DNA from: an uncultured Verrucomicrobiae bacterium | GTDB taxonomy: Bacteria > Verrucomicrobiota > Verrucomicrobiia > Chthoniobacterales > UBA10450 | DNA: 64,000 bases | Direction of reading: 5' to 3' | NCBI GenBank assembly: GCA_963772365.1 | Contig: CAVYXA010000005.1 | Location: 1 to 64,000 of the forward strand | Part shown: piece by piece, positions 37,982 to 47,142 of the stretch | Position numbering within the stretch: the stretch's first letter is position 1 | Layout: each line of letters starts with the position of its first letter | The notes under the pieces: model-generated | What the model was told of the DNA's origin: nothing | What the model saw: only the letters and a program-made list of their open reading frames with translations | Databases searched by the model: none | Made by a program: the position numbers and the translations under genes

Positions 37982-39769
37982 CTAGAGCAGTGATTGAACG
38001 AGCGCGAGCTCCTCGGGCAGAAGTTTATCGGACGGGATTTGTTGCGCTTCCGTTTTCGCATCTCCTGCATGATTGGTGGCCGCGAGCACGGCCGCTTGGA
38101 TGGCAAGCGCTGAGGGAGTCATTGCGTTCGGCGCGATTCGGAGATCGGCGTAAACACGGAGGGCCTCTTGGTCGCGGCCTTGGCGCAAACGCGCGAGTGC
38201 GAGCAGCGTGCGATGGGGGAGGCTGGAAGGCTCGCGCCGGACGAGTTCCTCGGCGCGTTGTTCAATCGAAGCGAGGTCGCCGGTGTGGGTGGGATCGCTC
38301 TGCTCCGGCCAGAGGAGCAAACGCGTGTAGGCTTCATCGTTCTGGATCGCAGTGTCGTTAGGCCAGGACTTCATCATGTTCTCGAGAACACCGTGGATTT
38401 TTCTCGTGTCGCGTTGCGCTTGCGCGACACGGAGCAGGCCCAGGTGCGCGGCCCGTAACTTCGGCGCTGCGGTCACCGCAGAACTATAGGCGATCTCCGC
38501 AATTTCGAGAGTGCCGCTTTTCTCGGCATATTCAGCCAGGGTCATGAGTTTCTGAAGGTTGTTGCCAGCCGCTTCCAGCCCGCGCTGCCAGCTATTTTCT
38601 TCGGCAGCTTTTTCGCCCAGCTCGCCCGCGCAACGCGCCAGATACATCTGCTGAATTACCGGATCGAGAGGGAAACGTTCCGCTTCGAGCAAATCCTTGA
38701 TTTCATCCCAGCGCCCGAGTGGGCCGAGCGCATCGAGGTGCTGCAAAAAAAGCTCGCGCGTCTGCAACGCTTTCTCGAGCGGGATGGCCTCGAGTTCACG
38801 TTCATATTCGCCTTTTGCGTTCAACCATGTCGCCAGCGCCACGAGCGCAGTGGGATCAGCGTCTTTCCAGTCGGCGATGGCGCGCGCGAGGCAGGCCTCT
38901 TTTTCCGTAGGGTTGTCGTGCAACTGTAAATCGAGCGCGAGCAGTTTTTGCGGCGCTCTCGCAAGCGGATGTTTTTCGAGCGCGTGAATGAGATCCAAAG
39001 TTGGCATCGTCGCCGGGCCATCTCCCGCGAGGGCGCGCCGAGCGAGTATGCTGAGTGCTTCCAGCGCCGTATCGGTTTTCCCGGTCGCCAAACTGGTGAT
39101 ACGCGACCAGCCATCGGCGCGCGCTTGTTTGTTAGCTTCGCTCTCGCTCTCCGCGGAAGCTTGCAACTCGAGCATGGCGGCGTGCAACTCGTCGCGCTCG
39201 GTCCCTTCTTTGCCTTCGAAGATTTTCTGAAGATAGCGCTGCGCCTCCGGCATCGCGCCTTTTTGCATCGCGGCCTGGGCGGCGACTAACCAATCCTCCG
39301 CGGTGGCGTTCCTGCCCTCGTTCGCCAGCAGAATGTTGATCGCCTCGGCGGCTCGATCCGATTCGCCGTAGATCAAGGCGATCATGGCTTCGTCTCTCAA
39401 GTCTTCGCGGGTGAGCGGAGAAACGGCGCGGAGATTTTGCCAGAAATCGAGCGCATCCTGCTGCCGCGAGCGTGAGAGGTAACGGGCGACGGCGCGAAGG
39501 GCCTCGGGTTCTGTTGGTCGAAGCTGATACGCGGCCACGGCCTCCTGGCGCGCGCCGGTCCATTCTCCTTGCTCCATGAAGGCGAAGGCGCGCGTGGCGT
39601 GGCGGCGCGCCTGGAAGGCTTTGATAGCGTCCAATGTTGGTCGGCCGGCAAAAATTCCAGCGAGAACCAGCGCGAACAGGAACACGAAAATTATAAGAAT
39701 GCGGCGTCGTTTGTGACGGCGAAGACGCAACTCTTCCGCGGTTAGCATGAAGTCGTCGGAGCGCGCCAT
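37982..39769 (-). CDS. Membrane-anchored TPR-like helical protein, paralog B
   Basis: Shares DFMLTAEE, AYQLRPTEP, HPLA.APQKL, RFPLDP, WPND.A.QNDEAY, S.PHRTLLALARLRQ with paralog A. Confidence 0.8.
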   Translation of the reverse strand: MARSDDFMLTAEELRLRRHKRRRILIIFVFLFALVLAGIFAGRPTLDAIKAFQARRHATRAFAFMEQGEWTGARQEAVAAYQLRPTEPEALRAVARYLSRSRQQDALDFWQNLRAVSPLTREDLRDEAMIALIYGESDRAAEAINILLANEGRNATAEDWLVAAQAAMQKGAMPEAQRYLQKIFEGKEGTERDELHAAMLELQASAESESEANKQARADGWSRITSLATGKTDTALEALSILARRALAGDGPATMPTLDLIHALEKHPLARAPQKLLALDLQLHDNPTEKEACLARAIADWKDADPTALVALATWLNAKGEYERELEAIPLEKALQTRELFLQHLDALGPLGRWDEIKDLLEAERFPLDPVIQQMYLARCAGELGEKAAEENSWQRGLEAAGNNLQKLMTLAEYAEKSGTLEIAEIAYSSAVTAAPKLRAAHLGLLRVAQAQRDTRKIHGVLENMMKSWPNDTAIQNDEAYTRLLLWPEQSDPTHTGDLASIEQRAEELVRREPSSLPHRTLLALARLRQGRDQEALRVYADLRIAPNAMTPSALAIQAAVLAATNHAGDAKTEAQQIPSDKLLPEELALVQSLL

Positions 39770-40225
39770 TGCCGACATAATCTCGCGAAGAAGCGCGCGC
39801 GGCAAGGCGAAATAGAGCGGCTGAAGTGGAGTTGAAGACGTTGGGTATGAAAGTTTTAGAAAATTATCGCTAAGAGGGCAGATCTTGCTTGCTCTTAAGT
39901 TCGCTCCCAGACAATACTATGGAGTCTTTGTATCGGAAATGACTTCGTCCATCCCGGTCACAGCTGGATTTCATAAAATTTACTTCGCCCAGAACGCTAA
40001 CTCAGACTTAACTGATGCCGTCGATTCGGTCTCGACTGCGTCTAGTTCAAATTCCAATTGGCCATCGACATCGAGTTGAGATGTGGATTGAGATGATCTC
40101 CCCGATGGCTCTCACCAGCTTAACGGAGGAGCTGAAGCCCCCGCAGTGAAGTGTAGTCGTCGGATGACCCAGTTCGGTATTGGCCGGATCAAAACCATCT
40201 CGATAGATGGATAGGATCGACCCTG

Positions 40226-41641
40226 TCAGCCTGGAAACAGCGCGCAGATCTTGCGCAGTCGTCGCCGTTGACTCCAGCCTAGCACGGCAGCCGCCATGGC
40301 GCCGCCGATCCATGTGCTGGGCTCAGGAACAGCAGTGATGTCGAAAAGCGTGATAGCGTCGATAATCGCATAAGTAGGAACAGGTGAGTAAGTGAATTGA
40401 AGACTTGTATCCGAAGCGGTAAAAGTTCCGACGGCATATTGCCCAGCCGTACTGGTACCCGGTTGGTCGCCCAACAGCGTGACCGACGGGGAACCCGAAA
40501 GAACTGCACCATTAGGAGCACCGGGCTGGTGCGCCCAATATTGAACCTGATAGACGTGGCCCGCGGTCAGGCCGCTTAATGTCACCGTCGCGCTGACGTC
40601 TTTGACATACAATAGACCGCTCAATATTGTGGAATAGGTTGAGGTTGTCCCCCCTGACCCGGCTGTGGTCATAGAAGAATAAGTCACAGAGATCTTATGA
40701 TAGAAATCCGTCGCGCCGGTTGTAGGGCCGCTTAACGTGGAAAATCGCACGCCGTTAACAACGGTGCCCCCAACGCCCGGAGCGGTCACAGCGGCAGCAC
40801 CAACAGCACCAGCGTCAAGGAGAGTGCCGACATTCCTAACATCGGCGTTACCGTTTCCAGCCGAAATGTTCATGGCCGATCCCCAAGTAATGGTTGCACT
40901 AGGAGGCAGAGGCCGAGGCCCCTTTCGCGCGGGCGGAGGCGCCGCGCCGGGGCCGGGTCCAGCGAACGACGTGCCATTAGCATTAGAGGAGTAGGCACCT
41001 GGTCCGCCGCTGGCGGGTGACAAATGCTCGATGTTGTCGGTCTGTAGAACGTCAGATGAAACCGATCGCGTTTGGGCGGTAATGGCGCTGCTATCGGCAA
41101 ACTTCAACTGGTTATTGCTCGCGGCGCTCGCGAAATCGATGATGGAAGTCGAGGAGAGCGTGGGAGCGGCGGGAGTTTGTGAGATCCCGTTCGTATCAAA
41201 GGTGCCGCCAGCCAGAGTCATCGTAGGTGGCGTCGTCGAGTTACCCGTGTTAGCCCAACCCCTTTCCGCATCGCCCCCTTCGTCCGGGACTTGGATTGGC
41301 AGGATATATTGGCTACCAGGTCCGTTGCTGGCGAGCGCGAATAGTTCGATGTTGTGGGTCGAGCGAGAATCATCCAGCCCAACCCGTCGCAGCCAGTCTG
41401 GTTGGAGTTGAAGAAGCCGGGTGGTGGCGCCGCTCTTCGCAAACTTGAGTTGATTATTGCTCGCGAAATCGAGGATTGAAGCCGAGGAGAGCGTCAAAGC
41501 GCCGAGAGCCCCGTCCAAATTTGCATCCGCATGCCTGCCAAGCGTCTGCGCTTGGGCATGGGCGGACCGGTCAGCAAAAACCGGGACGCTCGTAATGAGC
41601 GCAATTCCCGCAACGACCGACAATCGGCGAGGATATTTCAA
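40226..41641 (-). CDS. PEP-CTERM sorting domain protein
   Basis: Signal peptide, Gly/Ser/Thr-rich body, C-terminal VPEPSTWIGGAMAAAVLGWSQRRRLR. Confidence 0.88.
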   Translation of the reverse strand: MKYPRRLSVVAGIALITSVPVFADRSAHAQAQTLGRHADANLDGALGALTLSSASILDFASNNQLKFAKSGATTRLLQLQPDWLRRVGLDDSRSTHNIELFALASNGPGSQYILPIQVPDEGGDAERGWANTGNSTTPPTMTLAGGTFDTNGISQTPAAPTLSSTSIIDFASAASNNQLKFADSSAITAQTRSVSSDVLQTDNIEHLSPASGGPGAYSSNANGTSFAGPGPGAAPPPARKGPRPLPPSATITWGSAMNISAGNGNADVRNVGTLLDAGAVGAAAVTAPGVGGTVVNGVRFSTLSGPTTGATDFYHKISVTYSSMTTAGSGGTTSTYSTILSGLLYVKDVSATVTLSGLTAGHVYQVQYWAHQPGAPNGAVLSGSPSVTLLGDQPGTSTAGQYAVGTFTASDTSLQFTYSPVPTYAIIDAITLFDITAVPEPSTWIGGAMAAAVLGWSQRRRLRKICALFPG

Positions 41642-41778
41642 ATGTACAGGCCTTGGTTAATTCTGCCCGATTCGATCAAAACGCCCTCGTAATGTCAAAC
41701 AAAAATAATACTCCAAACGCAGATAAATTGGGGGGAATTACGCTACAGCTAACTTTCAGTCGAAGAGAGGGATGACAG

Positions 41779-41835
41779 CAAGCACCAAATCCCAATCTTC
41801 AAGCCCCAAGGAAACTCCAATCCACAAACGCCAAA
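41779..41835 (+). repeat. Degenerate intergenic heptamer array (CAAnnCC-type)
   Basis: CAAGCAC CAAATCC CAATCTT CAAGCCC CAAGGAA ... Confidence 0.7.
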
Positions 41836-41888
41836 GCCGCGGCCAGCAGGCTGCGTTCGTCCCTCCACATTAGGATTTCTGCAATCCC

Positions 41889-42047
41889 TCGATTACGCGG
41901 CAGCCAAGGGCAATGATACTGATTACTTGCAATCGAGACGACTTCATCCCGCTGGCCAGCGCGCGAGCTCACTCTGGATTCGTTATCTTGATCCGACGGC
42001 CCTCTCGGATTTTGGAATGCGCCAAGGTTTTGCGCTTACTGGAATGA
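41889..42047 (+). pseudogene. Fragment of a DUF5615 PIN-like toxin
   Basis: LDYAAAK..MILITCNRDDFIPLASARAHSGFVILIRR; N-terminus missing. Confidence 0.7.
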
Positions 42048-42536
42048 CGAAGGCCTCGCGCTCGCGCCCTGACATTTCTGGCATCCTTTGTCGCCTATCA
42101 AAGCCAGGCCGTCCAATCACGTGAATTAGCTTTTAGCGCGCAGGTTACCGCAGGTTTCGGAGGATAGCGACAATCCATCGCCCAAAAAACTTCGAGGCGA
42201 TGCCGAGCGACAGCACGTTGGTCGGGAATCTCAAGACAATGGCCAATTACATCGACAAAAATCAAATGGAGCGAGACGCTGCACCATCGTTAGTGATGCA
42301 AAGCAGTTAAAGAAGGCCCTCGCGCAGTAAACCTGCGTTCCATCCAGCGCGTGGAAAGCTTTGATGCGCCTGCGCCGCGAGGAGACTGTGCCCACCCAGA
42401 AGAGCCATGGCACAGATTCCGAGTTTGCCTCTCGGTGTGGGTGATCATCTGCGCCGTCCTCGCTGCGTGTCGCGCGAGTTCTGGAGCAAATGCGCCGGAG
42501 CGAGCGCGGCAAGAAACCTCAAAAAACACACTGTTC

Positions 42537-42984
42537 ATGAACGAAGCTCAATTGAAAAAATTGTAAACGAAGCCGTAACGCTTCACCGGGACATCGCCGC
42601 TCACAGCGAACGCCTGAAAGCCGACCTCATTCGTGAGGCCCAGCGTCACAAGGAAGATTTCACCATCACTGACGGCGGCGGTTCGCGCTGGACCGCCTGC
42701 GGAACCGATGGATGTATCGCCCGCGTCAACTTCCAGCGCCCGCGCTTGTGTCGCACATCGATACTGAAGATGAAACGTTCGACAAAATTCTCGCGGTTGC
42801 GGGCGAATCGCTCGACGAGCTTTTCGATTCACGGCACTACTTAAAACCGATCGCAGACTTTCGCGACGAAGTAGCCGCCGCGTTGCCGAGACGCGCCGCA
42901 GCGCAATTGATCGAACTTTGCGAGGTGAAGTGCTCGCCGCGCGTCAGTTTCGAAACCGCGGAAACAAAAATCAAAGAGCGGTGA
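42537..42984 (+). pseudogene. Hypothetical protein, paralog of 454..914, two frameshifts
   Basis: Pieces in ORFs 42351..42566, 42407..42844 and 42712..42984. Confidence 0.7.
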
Positions 42985-42999
42985 GAACGGGAGGCCGAA

Positions 43000-43278
43000 A
43001 TGCGTTACAAAAACAATATCGGTCCGCAAGTCCGTCGCCGACGCTACGCTCTCGGCTGGTCGCAATCGAAGCTCGCCGCGAAATTGCAGATCGCCGGCTT
43101 CGACATCAGCCGGAGCGGAGTCTCAAAAATCGAAGCGCGCCTTTCGTACGTCGATGACAAATCGCTGTTGTATCTCGCCGACGTGTTAAGAGTCCCCGTT
43201 CAATATCTATTCCCATCTCGACCGTCTGACAAAAGTATCTACGATTTCATCGAGACGCTTGAAACGACCCGATTCTGA
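43000..43278 (+). CDS. XRE-family HTH transcriptional regulator
   Basis: Close paralog of 928..1206. Confidence 0.9.
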   Translation: MRYKNNIGPQVRRRRYALGWSQSKLAAKLQIAGFDISRSGVSKIEARLSYVDDKSLLYLADVLRVPVQYLFPSRPSDKSIYDFIETLETTRF

Positions 43279-43494
43279 TTTCGATGAAGTCCACGCGCGA
43301 AAGCAATCCGGTTTGCGAAACAAAGTTGGAATGCTGCATGTTTTCGCCACAGGAAAATTGTACCCCCTGATTGTACCCCTTATGTCCAAAAAGTGGCAAA
43401 AAATAGCTAATGCTGGCTAATGCGTAAATATCGTAACTGGCCGAAAATCAACCCTTAGCATCAAATGGCTAACGATAGCAAAACCCCATTTCTC

Positions 43495-43534
43495 GATTAC
43501 AAATCAGCTGCTCTACCAACTGAGCTATGCCGGC
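43495..43534 (-). tRNA. 5' half only of tRNA-Thr(TGT); att junction
   Basis: GCCGGCATAGCTCAGTTGGTAGAGCAGCTGATTTGTAATC; TTGTACCCC x2 arm repeats at 43358 and 43371; TATTGT -10-like hexamer 10 nt upstream. Confidence 0.9.
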
Positions 43535-43656
43535 GTGCCTGCGGACAATACTCGCTGCCGTCAGTTTCGCGAGCGGCTTTCTGGCTTTGAATTGGTTTTT
43601 GTTCAAACCGAACTGTTCACGTCCCTTCACCACGCTGGAACGTCAAGCAGCCGGCA

Positions 43657-44547
43657 TCAAGTCATTTGGCGCCCAAGATCTTCTAAAATAGCGAGGTAAG
43701 CTTTAAGCGCTTCGCTTGGATTGTTCTTCTTCCATCCCACGGCGGAATCCATCAACACGGCCGGTGTGATATCGCGAATGGTGATGTTTTCATGGGGAAC
43801 GTCTCTGATCTGTTCCGGTAGAACCGCCACACCTAGTTGGTTTCTGATTGCCTGAATCAACAAGGAGTCGCTCTCTACGGTTTCAAGGACCTTCGGTTTG
43901 AACCCCGCTTCCTCGCATGCCGAATTTAACCAGCGCGAATATCCTGGATAAACGGAGTCGGAGACGCTGATAAAAAACATTGACTCGAGGTCTTTCAGTT
44001 TCACTGAATTTTTTGAAACGAGCTGATTGTTTCTGGGCAGGAGAGCTATGCCGGGATAGGAAGCGATTACCCGAAATTCAAAAGCTCCAGCGGAGTTCAG
44101 CCCGGAGAGCCCGACAAAGGCAATATCGATCTTGTCCTCGGTCAACGCCTGGAGAAGATCTTTTGGAGGCATACCGAAAAGATTCACCGAGGTGGTGGGA
44201 AACTGCTGTTCAAACGCAGTGATGCTTGCCGGAAGCATTCGATGAAAAGGATTGGGGACGTAGCCAATTCGAATCGATCCCGATTGTTTTCCGACATCGC
44301 GAACGGATCGGATGACCTCGGTGCTGTAACCGAGAAGACGTTTGGCCCCAGCGAGGAGACACTCGCCTTCCCGAGTTAGTTTTACTCTTTTCTTTGAGCG
44401 ATCGAGAAGGCGCGCCCCAATCTCTTCTTCGAGATCTTTGATTTGTCGGGTGAGCGAAGGCTGCGCGATCCGGAGTTTCTCGGCTCCCTTGGTGAAGCTG
44501 AGTTCCTCGGCAACGGCGACAAAATAGCGAAGATGGCGCAGCTCCAT
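43657..44547 (-). CDS. LysR-family transcriptional regulator
   Basis: MELRHLRYFVAVAEELSFTKGAEKLRIAQPSLTRQIKDLEEEIG. Confidence 0.95.
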   Translation of the reverse strand: MELRHLRYFVAVAEELSFTKGAEKLRIAQPSLTRQIKDLEEEIGARLLDRSKKRVKLTREGECLLAGAKRLLGYSTEVIRSVRDVGKQSGSIRIGYVPNPFHRMLPASITAFEQQFPTTSVNLFGMPPKDLLQALTEDKIDIAFVGLSGLNSAGAFEFRVIASYPGIALLPRNNQLVSKNSVKLKDLESMFFISVSDSVYPGYSRWLNSACEEAGFKPKVLETVESDSLLIQAIRNQLGVAVLPEQIRDVPHENITIRDITPAVLMDSAVGWKKNNPSEALKAYLAILEDLGRQMT

Positions 44548-45122
44548 TGATCTGGTCGAAGATCGGTTGGACATCTCTTCTACCACAGTGATTATGAAAA
44601 TGATAGGAAAAAAGTATCAGGATTTCTTATTCCGGGCTTGCAATCCCGTCGTATTTTTGCCTTGAACCACCACTGAGTTTATTCCGGGCAATTGGATTTT
44701 GGACTCATACGCCAAAAGCATGGGAAACAGCGCAAGGAAGTATTAGCTAATCCAACGTAAAATGTGGCACAATCCTCAGCTCACGCATGAGCACCGATCA
44801 AGCCCTTACTGAGGCATTGTTCCCCTCCGACCGGTTTTTCGTAACTTCCACCCTCCTTTCTCGGAGAACTTACCGGACACGCCTTTTAGAAATGAATGTC
44901 TTCGCAATAAGAGATCGATTCCCGGCCAGTAATAACTTGGCGGGTTTTTTATCCCGATTTGCACATCCTGGGTCCTCCCTGAAGAGGACCCAAAACATCT
45001 GATCCCCGGCCGCCGACCGGTTGGGTGATAACACAACCTGGCAAAGAGAAATGAAAGGTTTCGCGCGAAAAACGCGTCGATCGACCAAGGGCGGCAGCTT
45101 GCCTCGAAACGGCGGAACTGAA

Positions 45123-46016
45123 ATGCGTACCCGAAGCGATTTGGGCTACAACGGCAGCCATAGTAACGCAAACCAAAGCGATGGCCCGGGCTACAGAAAC
45201 GGGCAGGACGGCGGGAATGGCAACGGCGCAGTGATGGCTTGCGACGAGATCGCGCAGCCGGTATTTCCATTGGCGGGTCGCGTTCGATTTGTTCCGCGGC
45301 GACTTTCTGCAGGCGTGCCGCGTTGGAAGCGGATCTTCGACATTACTTGCATCGCTCTCACATGCCCAGTGTGGGCTCCGCTTATGTTGATGGTCATGGC
45401 GTTAATCCGAGTTGCATCGCCCGGCCCCATCTTTTATCGGCAGGAGCGGGTCGGCTTTGGTGGCCGGCGCTTCATGCTCTTCAAATTCCGAACCATGCAC
45501 GTGGACGCAGGAACTGGAACGCATGAGGATTATGTTGCTGAATTGATCAAGAGCGGGCGGCCGATGGCTAAGCTCGATTCGGCCGGCGATTCCCGGCTCA
45601 TCCCAGGCGCCGGTTTTCTTCGCGCGTGTGGTTTGGACGAGTTGCCACAGATCTTCAACATTCTAAAAGGCGATATGAGCCTAGTGGGTCCACGCCCCTG
45701 TTTACCAAGGGAGTTTGTTCATTATGAGTCGTGGCAAAAACATCGTGTGGAAGCCCTGCCCGGACTGACTGGCTTATGGCAAGTGAGTGGCAAGAACGAG
45801 ACCACATTCAAGGAGATGATCGTTCTGGATCTGCAATATGTCCGCACTATGTCACTCTCGCTGGATCTCGAAATCATTTTGAAAACCATTCCCGCATTGA
45901 ACAAAGAAGTTTCACGGTGCTTAGGCCGTCTTTTTCGCAGACTGGCGGTCCGAATTTCAGTTCTCGGCCAGCCGCAACTGGCCGCGAATGTCGCGGCGCC
46001 AGATCGTAAATCATAG
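45123..46016 (+). CDS. Bacterial sugar transferase (start uncertain)
   Basis: KRIFD, GPIFYRQERVG, KFRTM, LDELPQ, GDMSLVGPRP, PGLTGLWQVSG. Confidence 0.92.
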   Translation: MRTRSDLGYNGSHSNANQSDGPGYRNGQDGGNGNGAVMACDEIAQPVFPLAGRVRFVPRRLSAGVPRWKRIFDITCIALTCPVWAPLMLMVMALIRVASPGPIFYRQERVGFGGRRFMLFKFRTMHVDAGTGTHEDYVAELIKSGRPMAKLDSAGDSRLIPGAGFLRACGLDELPQIFNILKGDMSLVGPRPCLPREFVHYESWQKHRVEALPGLTGLWQVSGKNETTFKEMIVLDLQYVRTMSLSLDLEIILKTIPALNKEVSRCLGRLFRRLAVRISVLGQPQLAANVAAPDRKS

Positions 46017-46019
46017 GTC

Positions 46020-47108
46020 ATGAAAGCCCAGACAGGGCTTGGGTTAATCGGCTGCGGATATTGGGGACCGCTCCTCATCCGCAACTTTAAAGGGCTACCG
46101 CATTGCCGTCTCAAGACGGTTTGCGACCTGAGCGATACGCGCCTCGGGCATGTTAAGAAATTGTACCCGGACGTCGAATGCATTACCGAGACCGATCAGT
46201 TGTTCGCCGATCCCGCGATCGATGCCATCGTCGTCGCCACGCCGGTTCAATATCATTACTCGTTGGCGAAAGCCGCCCTGCTCGCTGGCAAGCACGTATT
46301 CATCGAGAAGCCGATGGCTTCCTCCTCAGACCAATGTGAAGAACTAATTCAGATCGCCAAGGCCGCGGGGCTGGTTCTGATGGTCGATCATACTTTTCTG
46401 TATTCCGCCGCTGTTCGTAAAATTGCCGAGATCATCGAAGCTGGTGACATCGGCGACATTCGCTACATCAATTCCCGCCGGCTCAACCTCGGTCTGTTTC
46501 AAAAGGACATCAACGTCGCTTGGGATCTCGCTCCCCACGACATCTCAATCATTCTTTACATTTTGGGTGAGTTCCCGGTGACCGTGAATTGCCAGGGAAA
46601 CGCGCATGTCACGCCCAAGGTGGAAGACGTAACCAACATGTCGCTTTCGTTCCGGCACAAACGTTTCGCCACAATTCAAAGCAGCTGGCTCGAGCCGCGC
46701 AAGGTTCGCGAAATGACCATTGTCGGCAGCCGCCGCATGATTGTTTACGACGACTTGCAGACACATGAAAAAATCAAGGTCTATGATGTGCGGGTCGAGC
46801 GTCCGCCGCACTACGACAGCTTTGCCGAATTCCAGTACTGGTACCACTACGGTGACAGTTACATTCCGCACATTCATCAGGAGGAACCTTTGAAGCTGGT
46901 TTGTCAGCACTTCATCGATTGCATCGAGAGCGGATCGAAGCCGATCACGAGCGGACGCGAAGGCCTGGAGATGGTGCGCATTCTAGAGGCTGCCTCCGCT
47001 TCTTTAAAAGCCAATGGCGCGCCGGTCACGCTTTCGCCAATTGTCGATCGAATCGCTATCTCCGAGCCCGGCGAAAATCTCAGCATCCTTCCGTCCGCAC
47101 GGGCCTGA
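46020..47108 (+). CDS. Gfo/Idh/MocA oxidoreductase
   Basis: GCGYWG, HVFIEKP, DLAPHD. Confidence 0.93.
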   Translation: MKAQTGLGLIGCGYWGPLLIRNFKGLPHCRLKTVCDLSDTRLGHVKKLYPDVECITETDQLFADPAIDAIVVATPVQYHYSLAKAALLAGKHVFIEKPMASSSDQCEELIQIAKAAGLVLMVDHTFLYSAAVRKIAEIIEAGDIGDIRYINSRRLNLGLFQKDINVAWDLAPHDISIILYILGEFPVTVNCQGNAHVTPKVEDVTNMSLSFRHKRFATIQSSWLEPRKVREMTIVGSRRMIVYDDLQTHEKIKVYDVRVERPPHYDSFAEFQYWYHYGDSYIPHIHQEEPLKLVCQHFIDCIESGSKPITSGREGLEMVRILEAASASLKANGAPVTLSPIVDRIAISEPGENLSILPSARA

Positions 47109-47142
47109 GAGAGTCCTCATTCACTGACCTCCGACCTCTGAC

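Larger units (their letters stand above)
42466..43534 (+). repeat. Copy 2 of the ~1.08-kb direct repeat module
   Basis: Colinear with 382-1469; similarity ends exactly at tRNA position 1. Confidence 0.95.

Noticed and set aside
39850..40225. Short ORFs between TPR paralog B and the PEP-CTERM gene
   Set aside because: No recognisable motif or convincing start; may be a relic but cannot be supported.
43600..43614. Second LexA box (TGTTC-AAACC-GAACT)
   Set aside because: Spacer is 5 nt rather than 4 and the right half-site is mismatched.
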